This document shows, piece after piece, positions 39,659 through 52,340 of a stretch of DNA of 64,000 nt. Source of the stretch: Octopus vulgaris (taxonomy: Eukaryota); the NCBI GenBank assembly GCA_951406725.2, contig OX597822.1, positions 54,870,001 through 54,934,000 of the forward strand, read 5' to 3'. A model generated the notes under the pieces. It was given only the letters and a program-made list of their open reading frames with translations. It had not been told where the DNA came from and ran no database searches. Each line of letters starts with the position of its first letter. The first letter of the stretch is position 1. The position numbers were made by a program, and so were the translations under genes.

Positions 39659-39838
39659 TATATACATACATTTAAACATACATTTATATGTGTATGTATA
39701 TTATATACATATATCCTCATATATTCATACGAACACACACGCGCACACGCAGAGAGAGAGAGAGAAAGAAAGAGTGAGAGAGAAGAGACAGACAGAGAAA
39801 TGAGAAAAATAAGAGATGGAAAAAAAGAGAAAAGAAAT

Positions 39839-39876
<38 letters not shown>

Positions 39877-39906
39877 CAAAATAAGCAAGAAGAATATCCA
39901 AAGGTA

Positions 39907-40000
39907 ATGCAGTACGATCGTTTCATACGACTCCATTTGATTGAACAATGCAATCATTTTATTGCATCAATTCAAAATGTAAAGCAATCTTCAGCTGCAC
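39907..40000 (-). ncRNA. Type I hammerhead ribozyme motif with extended stem II
   Basis: GTGCAG CTGAAGA [63-nt hairpin] GAA ACGATCGT A CTGCAT: intact core, 6-bp helix I, palindromic helix III, GUA cleavage triplet. Confidence 0.7.
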
Positions 40001-40189
40001 AAAGACATAGAATTTAATTAAATTAGAAGGACACATTAGTATAATTTTACCCAAGATCTCCAAGAGGATAAGGAGATAGACAAAGAACATGTTTTACCAA
40101 CATCATAGTTGTAACTGAAACTTTTTTCAAGAAGTCTCTGCCTATCACTGATATTTCTGTTATTTAGATTTATTACGTAATAAATCTAA

Positions 40190-40950
40190 AATCCCCAATT
40201 GCTGACCACTGATCAGAAAGGAGGACATCACTTCGAAGTCGGACAAGATTTTCGTCAGTATGCCACTGATGACTCATCCTTCATGTCGAAGATCATCACC
40301 GGTGTTGGTCTACGGGTCAATCATGAGACGATGCAGCAGTCGTCACAATGGAAGAGTCCTTCATTTTCACGACTGAAGAAGGCACAAAAGAGCCGCAGCT
40401 GAATCAAGAACATGCTCATCGTTTTTTCTTTTTCGACATACGCGGTATTGTACATCGAGAATTCGTACCCAGGGCCAGGACGTCAATCGTGAGTTCTACT
40501 GCGACGTTTTGAAGCGTTTGAGGGAGGACATTTGGTGAAAGCGACCGGATCCATGGCGAGCGAAGAATTTGATCCTTCACGACGACAATGCACCCTGTCA
40601 CCAAGGTCTCCTCACTCGAGAGGTTCTCTCCAAAAACAGCATGGTATCGCTTCCGCACACGCCTATTCACCAGATTTAGCACCTGCGGGCTTCTATCTCT
40701 TCTCCAAGATGAAAATGCTGCTCAAAGGTCACCGTTTTAAAACCAATGTCGAGATCAAGAGGGAAGCGCAGAAGGTCCTCGACTCACTTACGGAAAACAA
40801 CTTCCAGGCCGGATTCCGAAAGTGCTAGAAACGGTAGGACCGATGTATTGCCCAAGGTTATTATTTTGAAGTAGATGATGTTAAAACTAAGGTAAACAAA
40901 TTAATTTTTATTAAACATAACTTGCCTGAGAACTTTGTGATACCACCTCG
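40190..40950 (+). mobile_element. 5'-truncated mariner transposon (DD34D transposase pseudogene plus right TIR)
   Basis: KIITG, MLIVFF.DIRGIVHREF, ILHDDNAPCH, YSPDLAP..YLFSKMK..LKGHRF; end ACTTTGTGATACCACCTCG|TA. Confidence 0.92.
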
Positions 40951-40954
40951 TATG

Positions 40955-41021
<67 letters not shown>

Positions 41022-41022
41022 A

Positions 41023-41075
<53 letters not shown>

Positions 41076-41342
41076 CCACTGCGCAATGGCCCAGTGGTTA
41101 GGACAGCGGACTTGCGGTCGTAGGATCGCAGTTTTGATTCCCAGACCGGGCGTTGTGTGTGTTTATTGAGCGAAAACACCTAAATGCTCCACGAGGCTCC
41201 GGCAGGGGTTGGTGATCCCTGCTGTACTCTTTCACCACTCTTTCTCTCACTCTTTCTTCTGTTGGCCTGCTCACTTAGCCAGCGGGGTGGCGTCATTTGA
41301 AGGCTAAAACAATGCGAACGCATTGTGACTAGCGATGTGTCA
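41076..41342 (+). mobile_element. tRNA-derived SINE, family C
   Basis: A-box TGGCCCAGTGG, tRNA-like arm GGACTTGCGGTC, B-box-like GTTTTGATTCC, long non-tRNA body. Confidence 0.75.
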
Positions 41343-41346
41343 CGTG

Positions 41347-41404
<58 letters not shown>

Positions 41405-41690
41405 GCGCAGACGTGGCTGTGTGGTAAGAAGCTTGCATCCCAACCACATGCTCAGTCCCACTGCGTGTCACTTTAGGAAAGTGTCTTCTACTATAGCCTC
41501 GGGCCAACCAAAGCTTTGTGAGTGTATTTGGTAGACGGAAACTGAAATAAGTCCATCGAACTTAGCGGTTCGGCAATAACTGAATGATAGAATAAGTACT
41601 AGGCTTGCAAAAAATAAGACTAAAAACCCTTAAAGACAGTGCTCCAGCATGGTCGCAGTCAAATGACTGAAACAAGTAAAAGAATAAAAG
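41405..41690 (+). mobile_element. SINE family A, internally deleted
   Basis: Head and tail consensus. Confidence 0.85.
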
Positions 41691-42098
41691 ACTATGTATT
41701 AAGCCATACAGATAGGTATTCTCCGATAGTTGTGGCCATAGTGGGAGTAGTCGCGTAGTTGTGGTGTTGCTATACTGTAGGTCGTGGTAATCCAAGATGA
41801 GTTGGGGGTAGTTGAGGTAAGTGCGACGGTCCTGCATTTCCTAGGTCAGTAAATAAGATCATGAAGATAGCGAAAATGATTTGGTTAACTCAGGAAATAA
41901 GTACCAATTAAAATGCAACTGACACATATGCAGGTATAAGTACACACACACTCACACTCGTGCGCACGCACGCACGCATGCACACACGCACCCATGCATG
42001 CACACACACACAGACAGATATATTCATATATACAAATACAGATATATACATACATAAACTGATTTATACACACACATATCTATCTATCTATCTATCTA

Positions 42099-42143
<45 letters not shown>

Positions 42144-42164
42144 GCATACTTATGTAGGTATATA

Positions 42165-43120
42165 TATATTATATTAATAAATAAAACATATGCATATATA
42201 TAAACATATATGTACGTACCTACCTCTACATGTACATATACACGCATATATGAGTACATGACACCAAAAAGACGTTGAACACAATGAGAAACGAAAACAC
42301 AGACACAAACCCAAGGAACTGGACATTTTTTTAAACAACAAAAAAATAGAGTACAGGACAATTAACACAAAGAAAAAAACCCTTCTTCAGTCGCTATGGT
42401 TTCATCTACTCTACGTTTCGAAGGTGAAAGCGAGACGTATCTTCGACAAGAAACTTTCCTTCCTGCGAAAAGCAAATCAATTAAAATTTTGAGATCTTTT
42501 CGCAGAGGGGTAAAAAATGGTAACAAAAACAGGACAGTAACGACAGTACAAATTATAAACAGTAAAAGACAGGACAAGGAAAAACAAGATAAGAAGGGCT
42601 GTTAACGCCGAACGAAAAAAAGTATTACGAACGCGGATTTTTTTGTGAACGACGAACGGAGCAAAAAGAATTGCCGTCCACACCTCGAGAGGGTTAGGCT
42701 AGAAAGACAGTAGCGGAAGTCTCGTCGCGGGTCAACGACGGGAGGGGGAGGAGGAGCAAGAGAAAGGGAGAGAAGAAGGGGAATGGTTGTGAGGAAACCA
42801 TGAAGAATGAGAGAGGGGGAGAGAGAGAGTGCAGAATGAGAGAGAGGGAGAGACAAGTTAAGTAGAGGTAAAGGAAATCAAAGAATGAAGGCTGAGAAGG
42901 GGATGGGACAGAAAGGTTAAGAGTGCGCATCAAAGTTAATATCAAGAACAATCTTACTTAAAAAGGGATGCGTGCGTTTCGTCATATAATATATTAATAA
43001 ATAAAACATATGCATATATATAAACATATATTACGTACCTACCTCTACATGTACATATACACGCATATAAGAGTACAGGACACAAAAAAGACGTCGAACA
43101 CAATGAGAAACGAAAACATA
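42165..43120 (-). mobile_element. Non-autonomous Penelope-like element with ~130-bp terminal direct repeats
   Basis: ATTAATAAATAAAACATATGC..GAGAAACGAAAACA at ~42172-42299 and ~42993-43118; decayed hammerhead-like TTGTCGA..TTCGAAACGTA at ~42410-42450; TA-rich flanks. Confidence 0.6.
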
Positions 43121-43161
43121 TATATGTGTGTGTGTATATATGTGTGTGTGTGTGTGTGTAT

Positions 43162-43485
43162 GAAGGCGAATGACTTACGTGGTTAAGGCATTCGGCTCAT
43201 GATCTTAAGGTCGTGAGTTCAATTCCCAGCGACGCGTTGTGTCCTTGAGCAAGACACTTTATTTCACGTTGCTCCAGTCCACTCAGTTGGCAAAAATGGA
43301 TTGTATCTGTATTTCAAAGGGCCAGCCTTGTCACACTGTATTTCACGCTGAATCTCCCTGAGAACTATGTTAAGGGTACACGTATCTGTGGAGTGCTCAG
43401 CCACTTGCACGCTAATTTCACGAGCAGGTTGTTCCGTTGATCGTATCAGCTGGAACCCTCGTCGTCGTAACCGACGGAGTGCTCC
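43162..43485 (+). mobile_element. tRNA-derived CORE-type SINE, family D
   Basis: B-box GAGTTCAATTCC then TGTGTCCTTGAGCAAGACACTT CORE-like block; minus copy at ~44865-45110. Confidence 0.8.
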
Positions 43486-43528
43486 TTATATATACATACA
43501 TACATACATACATATATACACACACACA

Positions 43529-43599
<71 letters not shown>

Positions 43600-44864
43600 A
43601 AGATATACAGAATACTGTTTTAATTTGCAACAGTTGTTTCCATTGTTATCGAAAGTCAACGATTTTCAACACATAACAGCGTCTGTTACTGAAATTGTAA
43701 TTATTTCAAATTACAGCTGTAGTAATTTTATAATGTCTAATTCTGATCAAAAAGATAACACCAAATTATTAATTAACTAAAATAGTTAAATACTTGTATA
43801 TCAGTGCCGTAAAAAAAATAATGTCATTTTTAAAAGAAGCAATCGGAAAATATTTAAAAGATGTACTGACAAAAAAAGCAATTCCATATATATTAAGATA
43901 CAGACTTGTATTGTTAGAATAGTTAAATTTTTATGAAAAGGAACCAAACTGCCAGGTCTTGATGTTGCATTGAACGAAGGATTAAGGCTGCCTCTCAAGA
44001 ACTCGGAACCCAAAGAGCTGAAACAAACACTACAAGGCATCACATCTTGCCCAATGTTCTAACAGTTCCGCTAATCCACGGCTCTACATTGAACTCCCCT
44101 CACCCTACCAAAATAAATGAATTGTGAAGTCGATTTAAGCTCAAAATACTGAGAACCGGCTGTAATACCACAAAGCATTTTGTCTTACGCTCTCGTGAAC
44201 CTGCCAGTTCGCTGTTGATAAATCTATATTTGTGAGTATGTCAAAAATCAGTCTAGCAGTAACACTTTTTTTGTCTTATTCTCAGTCTCAGTTGAAGGCT
44301 TAAGACCAAGAACATTCAAAAACGTAAATTGCTTTCAATTCTTGTTGAAAATTAAACATATCAGCTTCTTTTATGAACTCGTTTTCTGATTAATTGCTGC
44401 CGACACTAACCATTGTCAAATCTTTTGTTTCCAGATTTTACACAACGAATATGATAGGTTATTCTGACACAGCTAGAACTGTTAATGTATCCAAAAAATG
44501 TAAGCAAGTTGGATTTCTAATTCAGTTTTGATTATTGCTGGCATGCGTTTTATTTCACCGCTTTTCTATCTCCATTTCGCTTGTGAAAACTTGTGAAAAA
44601 CTTCCACTTTCGCACATAAACGCATCAATAAATCCATCACATCATATATCTCCACTTTTATACGCATTCATATCCTTGCGTTCTTTCAAAATTCGTTATG
44701 CAATGTTCTAATATCCCATAATTCCTCCACCCCCACTCCTTAACAATCATCGCGTATTGCCTATCTAATATCAACCCTGAGATTTTAACTTTAGCATCGA
44801 TTTCTACAGCGATCTACAAGTCATTGACTTTACTATGAAAGGAAACCATGTTCTAGATTTATTC

Positions 44865-45110
44865 CGAACAGCAGAATAGCTTGCTCGTGAAATTAATCTG
44901 CAAGTAGCTGATCACTCCAGAGACAAACGTACCCTTAAAGTCATCCTCGAGAAGATTCAGCATGACACAATGTGACAAGGCTGGCCATTTCAATTACAGG
45001 TACTCATTTTGCCGACTGAGTGGACTGGATCAGCGGGAAATAACGTGCCTTGTTCAAGAACACAACGCGCCGCTGGGAATTGAACGCGCAACCTTACGAT
45101 TGTGAGACAC
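44865..45110 (-). mobile_element. SINE family D, diverged
   Basis: Reverse complement match to 43162-43485. Confidence 0.75.
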
Positions 45111-45402
45111 AACAAAAATATCTTACAAAAGAGACACACGATAAGTATCAGCACAGAAGTCCCAAAAACATTATCACTACACAAATATTAAAGAAATACA
45201 CGATGCTACACCATCACAAAACTAAAATCTTTAGGTCATTTGTCTGGAAATCTTTCGTCACACATCCTGTGACCTCCCCAGCGACTCTCCGTCCCATGTG
45301 TCTCCACCTGTTTTGTTTAGTCCATTCGGTTATTTCTCCATCAGGTTAATATCTTTTTTTCCAATGGTTTTTACGGTGCAAAGCGAACGGTCAAATTTGG
45401 GG

Positions 45403-45604
45403 AATAAAGCAGCGACTTAGCGGAGGATAAAGCAGCGACTTAGCGGAGAATAAAGCAGCGACTTAGCGGAGGATAAAGCAGCGACTTAGCGGAGAATAAA
45501 GCAGCGACTTAACGGAGGATAAAACAGCGACTTAGCGGAGGATAAAGCAGCGCCTTAACGGAGAATAAAGCAGCGACTTAGCGGAGGATAAAGCAGCGAC
45601 TTAG
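45403..45604 (+). repeat. 23-bp minisatellite, about 9 units ((A/G)ATAAAGCAGCGACTTAGCGGAG)
   Basis: Head-to-tail units without spacers, followed by a SINE B body. Confidence 0.95.
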
Positions 45605-45944
45605 ATACAATATTTTGCAGTATTTGTTCCGATCCTCTAGATTCTGAGTTCACATCTCACCAAAGTCAACTTATCTTTCATTCTTTCGGAGATTGATAAA
45701 CAACCACCAGTCCAGGACGGTAGAAAGGCGGGAGTGCTGGAGCGTCAGAAGGGGGGGTGGTCTCTTGCAATACCTCTTCTGGACCAACGCCTGCAACGAC
45801 GCTAATGTCAAACTGTGTCGGCCTTAAGGCGAAGATTTTTTTCCCTGGACATCAGTAGCGTGGAGAATGCTAGGGTCTGCGCATACAGAAGCAGATAAAT
45901 AGTCAACCTTGACCGAACCAACGAAGGCTCCACGTGGTTGTTTA

Positions 45945-46310
45945 GTCAGAAGTTTCTTTCTTTACTACATGGTTCTGGGATCAGTCCCACTGCGTGGCAC
46001 TTTTGGGTGAGTGTTTTTTTTTTTATTGCCTTGGGCTGGTTGAATTTGGTTGTCAGAAACGGAAACTGAAATAGGCCCGTCGAGTGTGTGTGTACACGCG
46101 CGCGTCTTTGTATTTGTCTCTCACTACCACTTGACAACCGGTGTTGGTTTGTATACGTCCTGTAACTTAGCAGTTCGGCAAAAGTTACCGATAAAATAAG
46201 TACCAGACTTTTAAAAATAAGTACTGGGGTGGATTCTTTCGACTAAAACACTACAACGCGGTGCCCCAACATGGCCGCAGTCCAATAATGGAAACAAATA
46301 AAATATAAAA
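45945..46310 (+). mobile_element. SINE family A, diverged
   Basis: Consensus blocks CAGTCCCACTGCGTGGCAC, CTTGACAACCG, CATGGCCGCAGTC. Confidence 0.8.
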
Positions 46311-46406
46311 AATTCCTACAAAAGTTATCCAATCTAACGTGTTAACTGAATAGTAAACTCCGATTGTTCTGGTTTCGAATGTCGCTTAAAGATATAATGG
46401 TACTAC

Positions 46407-46758
46407 ATTGGCGTGTGATCCACAACTTCAAGGGCGATTACTTTAGGTTAGCTTTTAGTTTCTTTACGTTACAAAACTCGCAGCTGCCAAATTTTTGTGA
46501 TTTACCCTCTTATTTTAATTATTATATTGTTTACCCTTGGTTTCTTATTATTATTTATTAAGACATAAATGAAACATGGTTTTATTATTATTAAAATAAC
46601 AAGAATTTTGAAGAAATACTTTTACAATGCTAATTATGTACAAAAGAATTCATTGTCAACAATCTTTTGCCAACATCTTAAGGGCTTTTAGAAATTGTAA
46701 AGTAAACTAAAAAAGTAACCTAAAGCAATCACCCTTTAAGTTGTAGATCACACGCCAA
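46407..46758. mobile_element. MITE with ~60-bp terminal inverted repeats
   Basis: TTGGCGTGTGATCCACAACTTCAAGGGCGATTACTTTAGGTTA.. vs ..TAACCTAAAGCAATCACCCTTTAAGTTGTAGATCACACGCCAA. Confidence 0.7.
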
Positions 46759-46789
46759 ATAAACACCGATATAATTTAATGATATTGTA

Positions 46790-47341
46790 TTGGGTTGTCC
46801 GGAAAGTTCGTGCCGATTTTTAAAGGAAAGAAAAAAGTCAATAGATACTTGCCATTACATTTTTAATCAACCAAATATGAACCATTTTGTTGCACAATGC
46901 GTCTCCATCTTTCCTTTGGCTTGAAAATACCTTCTTCCCAGAATTGAGGTGGTTTCATGGCAAAGAATTCATCAAGGTATCTTTTTACGTCATCCAAGGA
47001 ATTGAAATTTTTATCATTAAGACTATTCTGCAGAGACCTGAATAAGTGGAAATCCGAAGGAGCAATATCTGGTTAATATGGAGGGTGGGGTAACACATCC
47101 CAGCCGAGCTGCAGCAATTTTTGTCTGGTTCCCAAAGTACGAAGTGCTGAAAAGGAATTTTCTTATCTTCCATTTTAAAGGGTTACAGAATTAACACAGG
47201 TTATAGGAACATAAACCTTCTTCCACGAAAAGATAGCTTAAACTGTGCTCTAAATGGCGGTGTAGTCGAATCCTATTTTATGGACTCAACTATGTTCTAA
47301 AGTAAGTCGAAATGTAAGCACGAACTTTCTGAACAACCCAA
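46790..47341 (-). mobile_element. Internally deleted mariner with both TIRs and TA duplication
   Basis: TA|TTGGGTTGTCCGGAAAGTTCGTGC .. GCACGAACTTTCTGAACAACCCAA|TA; MEDKKIPFQHF fused to QKLLQLGWDVLPHPPY.PDIAPSDFHLFRSLQNSL. Confidence 0.93.
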
Positions 47342-47806
47342 TATTATGCTTGAAACAAACATGACCCTCAGACAAACTTATTGATATCACCCATACATAA
47401 ATAATCTCTAATTAGACTCGAATATTTGTGATCTACTAAATATACCAATAAATTCAGAGCCTCCCACCGAATGAAAAACGAAAGATATTTAATGCAGTAT
47501 TACATAGTTGAATAAGAATATATATGTTGTGCGACAAAACAAAAATTATATTAATCTGTAACTAATATTGTTTTCGCGTCTCTGGTTAGTACAGGAGACA
47601 ACTCTGTACATGCATTAGTATTATTCTGTTCTCGTTAGCAACGCATATTCGTCCTTTGCCGAGGAAGAAACGAATTACATATTAATCATTTTATAAGATT
47701 GTATATTTGTAGATGTAGAACAATTGGCTTCTTCACAGAAGAGGACATTTTTTCCTACCTGTAATAAACAATACTTAAATTGCTGTTCATATATTTAATG
47801 CTAGCA

Positions 47807-48185
47807 AGGCGGCGAATTGGCAGAATCGTTAGCACACCGGGCGAAATACTTAGCGGTATTTCGTCTGCCGCTACGTTCTGAGTTCAAATTCCGCCGAGGT
47901 CGACTTTGCCTTTCATCCTTTCAGGGTCGATTAAATAAGTACTAGTTACGCACTGGGGTCGATATAATCGACATAATCCGTTTGTCTGTCCTTGTTTGTC
48001 CTCTCTATGTTTAGCCTCTCCTATTTCGTCTGCCGTTACGCTCTGAGTTCAAATTCCACCAAAGTCGACTTTGCCTTTCATCCTTTCGGGGTCGATAAAC
48101 TAAGTACAAGTGAAAACCCTGGGGTCGATGTAATCGACTAGCCCCCTCCTCACAATTTCAAGCCTTGTGTCTATAGTAGAAAGGA
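47807..48185 (+). mobile_element. SINE family B dimer with TSD (ATATTTAATGCTAGCA)
   Basis: Second body begins at TATTTCGTCTGCC (~48022). Confidence 0.88.
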
Positions 48186-50294
48186 TATATTTAATGCTAG
48201 CATGGGCAACATTTTCCAGGAAGCAGGTTGCATGAGACATAGCTCATCATCATTAGAAAGTTCTGCGGGCCACAGTTTGCTTATGATAGATTTAATGTAA
48301 GTGTCATCAAAAACTAAGTAGAGACAAGGATACTGTGAGAAAAATCATTGCATATGCATGCGTATTTACAACTGTTGCACATATTATTTATAGAGGTGCT
48401 GATAATGCAAATGAACTGTGCATGAAAAAAATATAAAGAAAAAGCGGAGAAGCAAAAAAGTTAAACTTACCGTCGTTATTTTGTGATTTACATATGAAGG
48501 CGATTTGTAAATTAAGAAAGAAAATAATAACCCAAAGCGAATTACTGACAACTTGGTTTGTGAAGAAGCAATCTTGTGGCAGGTTATATCTATATATATA
48601 GAGCAGTATTGGTGGCTACGTGACATCGTATGTAAAGAGAGGGCTCAACTGTCACGGCAGATCACAGAAATGATAGAAAATAAAGCACATGTGTATTCTT
48701 CGTGATCAGTCTTCTCATCTAAGAATTTCCAGAAACTTCCTCGTTTTATTTTGATCATTAAATAGAAATGATAACAATTATAGCTCACGATTATGAGCCA
48801 TATCTGAAAATATGTTTCGCAGGCGAATACTAAAAGCGTCTATATGAATCTATATGAATTTTTGTGGGGATTTTTTTGGGGTTGGCGGTGCGGAGTTGGT
48901 TTTTTTTTAGTTTGTTTGTTTTTAAACATATACGTACTTATATCAATAACTTGAACGAAACGTTTTAAAGGTAGAAAGTTTGTGTTCATATTCTGTGTCG
49001 ATTGCTAAAATATATTTCAAACATTTTAAATAAATTACTTCGACAGAAAGAACATCAAATTCATTATTTTTCTCAAATGTATAAGGCGAAAACATTATTT
49101 TTTTAATGTAGTTCCTAGAATCTAAAGAAAATGGGTCTTAGTAAAAGCGTGGGGTACCAAGAAATAGTAAACATACCATAAAGTTTTGGTATAGTGGTGG
49201 CTGTTGCCTCATAGGTGTAACATGGATGTATAGGGTACGCAGGCCTGACAGAGCAGCCGTTTTATAGCTTGAGTTTGTTGAAGTCGAAGGTATGCTACTT
49301 TCAAGAAAGAAGATGGCCAATTTGGCAGTAGTGTATAAATAGGGGAGTAAGGGGAATAAGGGGAGCGACCGTTCCTCGCGCGCACATTTTTCAAAATTGG
49401 CGCTTTTTCAACAACCGTTTAACTCTTTACTTGTGCGATGAAATACGAATCTTTTTTTTTTTCTGTTAATCCCATGGTCTTGGAAGAACTTTGTGGAGTC
49501 ATGACTATTTGACCAACCTCCCGTGTTTTTGAACTGTCTGCTGAATCTCTTATGATGTGTTAGTGGCCACTGACAACAGAAGAGCCAAAACAAACCTTGA
49601 CGTCATAACCTCTCGACATTGGACGATCCCATGGAGTTTCATCTTTTTTCATGTGACACCTATATCAATAGTTGTTTCAAACATAATGACATTGTTATTG
49701 ATACATGAAATTAATGAATGTAGAATACAATTACATATAACTAATGAAATACTTCGCCTAATATAAGAGAAATGGGTTCTAATAATTCTTTCCAATTTCG
49801 ACTCAAACCTACCAGTTTTAGAAGAAGGGGTCAGTTGATGACGTTGACCCCCTAGTATTTGACTGGTACTTTATTTTATCTACTCCTTAAAAGAATGAAG
49901 GAAAGGTATGTGTCACGGCACCTTTTCTTTTATGTGTTAGCTGCCCCTAACTTTAGAACCTGGCTACACCTCTGAGTATAGGGCCAAAATCCTCGCTACA
50001 CATCTGCGTATAGGGCAGCCGAAACCTGGCTACGCCTTTGGTTTGCTGGTTCCTGAACACAGACACAGTTCCATAGATAAAGAAAATCATAAATATTGTA
50101 ACTTCTGTTTCCTCCTTGTTAATGGATACCACCGACTCACAAACAGAAAGAAAATGGTGATAATTTAACAATAGTGCATCTGTGTTGCTTAACCTCAGGT
50201 CAGTTCTGGTCAAGTTGGTTTATGAGCAAACGGAATTCTAGTCATGACCATCTTGACATTTATTTATATGTTTTTCAGACTGAATATTTTTTTC

Positions 50295-50864
50295 TGCTCT
50301 AGGCATAAGGCCCGAAATTTGGCAGGGGCAGTCAATTACATTGATCCCAGTACATAACTGGTACTTTCTTTATCGACCCCGAAAGGATGAAAGGCAAAGT
50401 CGACCTCGGCAGAATTTGAACTCAGAACGTAACGGCAGACGAAATACCTATTTTTTTACTACCCACAAGGGGCTAAACACAGAGAGGACAAACAAGGACA
50501 GACAAACGAATTAAGTCGATTATATCGACCCCAGTGCGTAATTGGTACTTATTCAATCGACCCCGAAAGGATGAAAGGCAAAGTTGACCTCGGCGGAATT
50601 TGAACTCAGAACGTAGCGGCAGACGAAATACCTATTTCTTTATTACCCACAAGGGGCTAAACACAGAGATAACAAACAAGGACAGACATAGGTATTTAGT
50701 CGATTACATCGACCCCAGTACATAACTGGTACTTAATTTATCGACCCCGAAAGGATGAAAGGCAAAATCGACCTCGGCGGAATTTGAACTCAGAACGTAG
50801 CGGCAGACGAAATACCGCTAATCACTTCGCCCGGCGTGCTAACGTTCTGCCAGCTCACCGCCTT
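50295..50864 (-). mobile_element. SINE family B trimer (184-bp period)
   Basis: GAAATA|CC registers at 50447, 50631, 50815; flanked by duplicated TCAGACTGAATATTT. Confidence 0.92.
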
Positions 50865-51049
50865 GTCAGACTGAATATTTAAGATCATTTTATCCAATAT
50901 TTTGCAGACGGTAGAATGAGATTTGAGAAAGTTGAGGAATATTTAGCTGTTATTTCTAGGAATTCACGTCACCACGTAGAAGTTCCTTCAGTTGTTGGTT
51001 CCTGTCTTTGTTACAACAGTGGAAGAAACAATAGTTTTTACATAAACAA

Positions 51050-51590
51050 GAGGGTTCTAATTCTTTCTAATTTCGTCTGAAACCCACCAATTTTCGAGAG
51101 AGGGGTCAGTCGATTATATTGGTCCTAGTATTTCACTGATACTTTATATTATTTACTCCTTGAAAGAATGAAAGGTGAAGTTGTTGTTGGAGGATTTTGA
51201 ACTCAGAATATAAAGAGCCGGAAGAAATGCCGTTGAGCATTTTATTCGACACGCTAACGATTCTACCAGGTCGTCGCCCTAGAAAGCTCTAATAATGATA
51301 TCGAAAATTAATTCTGTTGTATGTTCTTATCTAAACATATTTCTTACGTCTTCGTATGTTGATTGGATAGTTGTTATAGTCATCACAGAATCGTTACAAC
51401 ATTGGATGAAATGGCTTGCAGTATTTGTTCCAACTCTTTACGGTCTGAGTTCAAATCCCCATGAGGTTAGCTTTATCCTTCAGCTTTTCGGGGTCGGTGG
51501 AGTAAATTACCTGTTAAGTAATGGAGTCGATGGCATTGACTGTCTCTTATTACTGGGCCTTGTACCTAAATTAAAAACAATTATTGATAA
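51050..51590. mobile_element. Two old SINE B-related copies in opposite orientation
   Basis: Diverged family B blocks. Confidence 0.6.
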
Positions 51591-51910
51591 CTTGTGCAAT
51601 GATTCACGTAAGATTAAATTTTTTTCTTCATTCTATGAGAATAACCCTTGCGGAGGGATTTTGTCATTTCTATACTTTTAATCTTATAATTTGCTATTAT
51701 CCTAAGATATAATGCTTCTTCTATATCTAAGGATTTTATCATCTCTTCATCTGCAAAATCCTCTCGAGTACTTCCTACGATTTTCATTCGCTTTATCGTC
51801 ATCGCAGCAATTTTTTTATACTAAAAGCCATCCTAAGCTACAACTAAATATTTGTTTGTATCCAGTTGATTCTCCCTTTGCTTAAAACTTTAAATCATCC
51901 ACGTCAAATG
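51590..51910 (-). pseudogene. R4/RTE-like LINE RT fragment
   Basis: EEMIKSLDIEEALYLRII (~IKSL..YKYLGI). Confidence 0.5.
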
Positions 51911-51929
51911 CACACAGCCTCATACAAAT

Positions 51930-52340
51930 CGGACTGTGGGGTCGGAAGAAGATCGCTTTAACCAGTATCGAGAGTGACTACGTTCTCGGAGAAACTCTGG
52001 GCATCAACATGAATGAATTAGTTTGGCAGATCTGGAGGACTTAAAGACCGGTGACTATCATGGATAACTTTCAGAATCTTTAGTCCGGCAGTGCTACCAA
52101 AGAGCATCATTGACAGGACACAAACTGCACAGAGACGAAAGTGCTGTCGATCGGGTCTGTTCGAGATGCGTACGGAACGACGAATCCGTTCTGCACGTAC
52201 TTGCTCAGTGTCTCAGCACTACTGACCTCCTGTGGAATTAAGTAAGACAGTTGTTGCCTCATGTAGGATGAATCTGGCAATCGGCTAAGTCAATCATACT
52301 ACTTTAATAGGGCAGAGCAGGCAGTTCTTCTGCTCCATAT
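51930..52340 (+). pseudogene. Old Tx1-like ORF2 zinc-finger fragment
   Basis: ESDYVLGETLGI..DNFQN..CSRCVRNDESVLHVLAQC parallels the C terminus of ORF 9004-9858. Confidence 0.7.

Noticed and set aside
41076-41150. Possible tRNA gene (also ~43165-43235)
   Set aside because: Acceptor stem and T-arm are imperfect and a SINE body follows; these are SINE heads.
45403-45604. CRISPR-like array of 23-bp repeats
   Set aside because: No spacers and no cas genes; eukaryotic context; derived from a SINE head.
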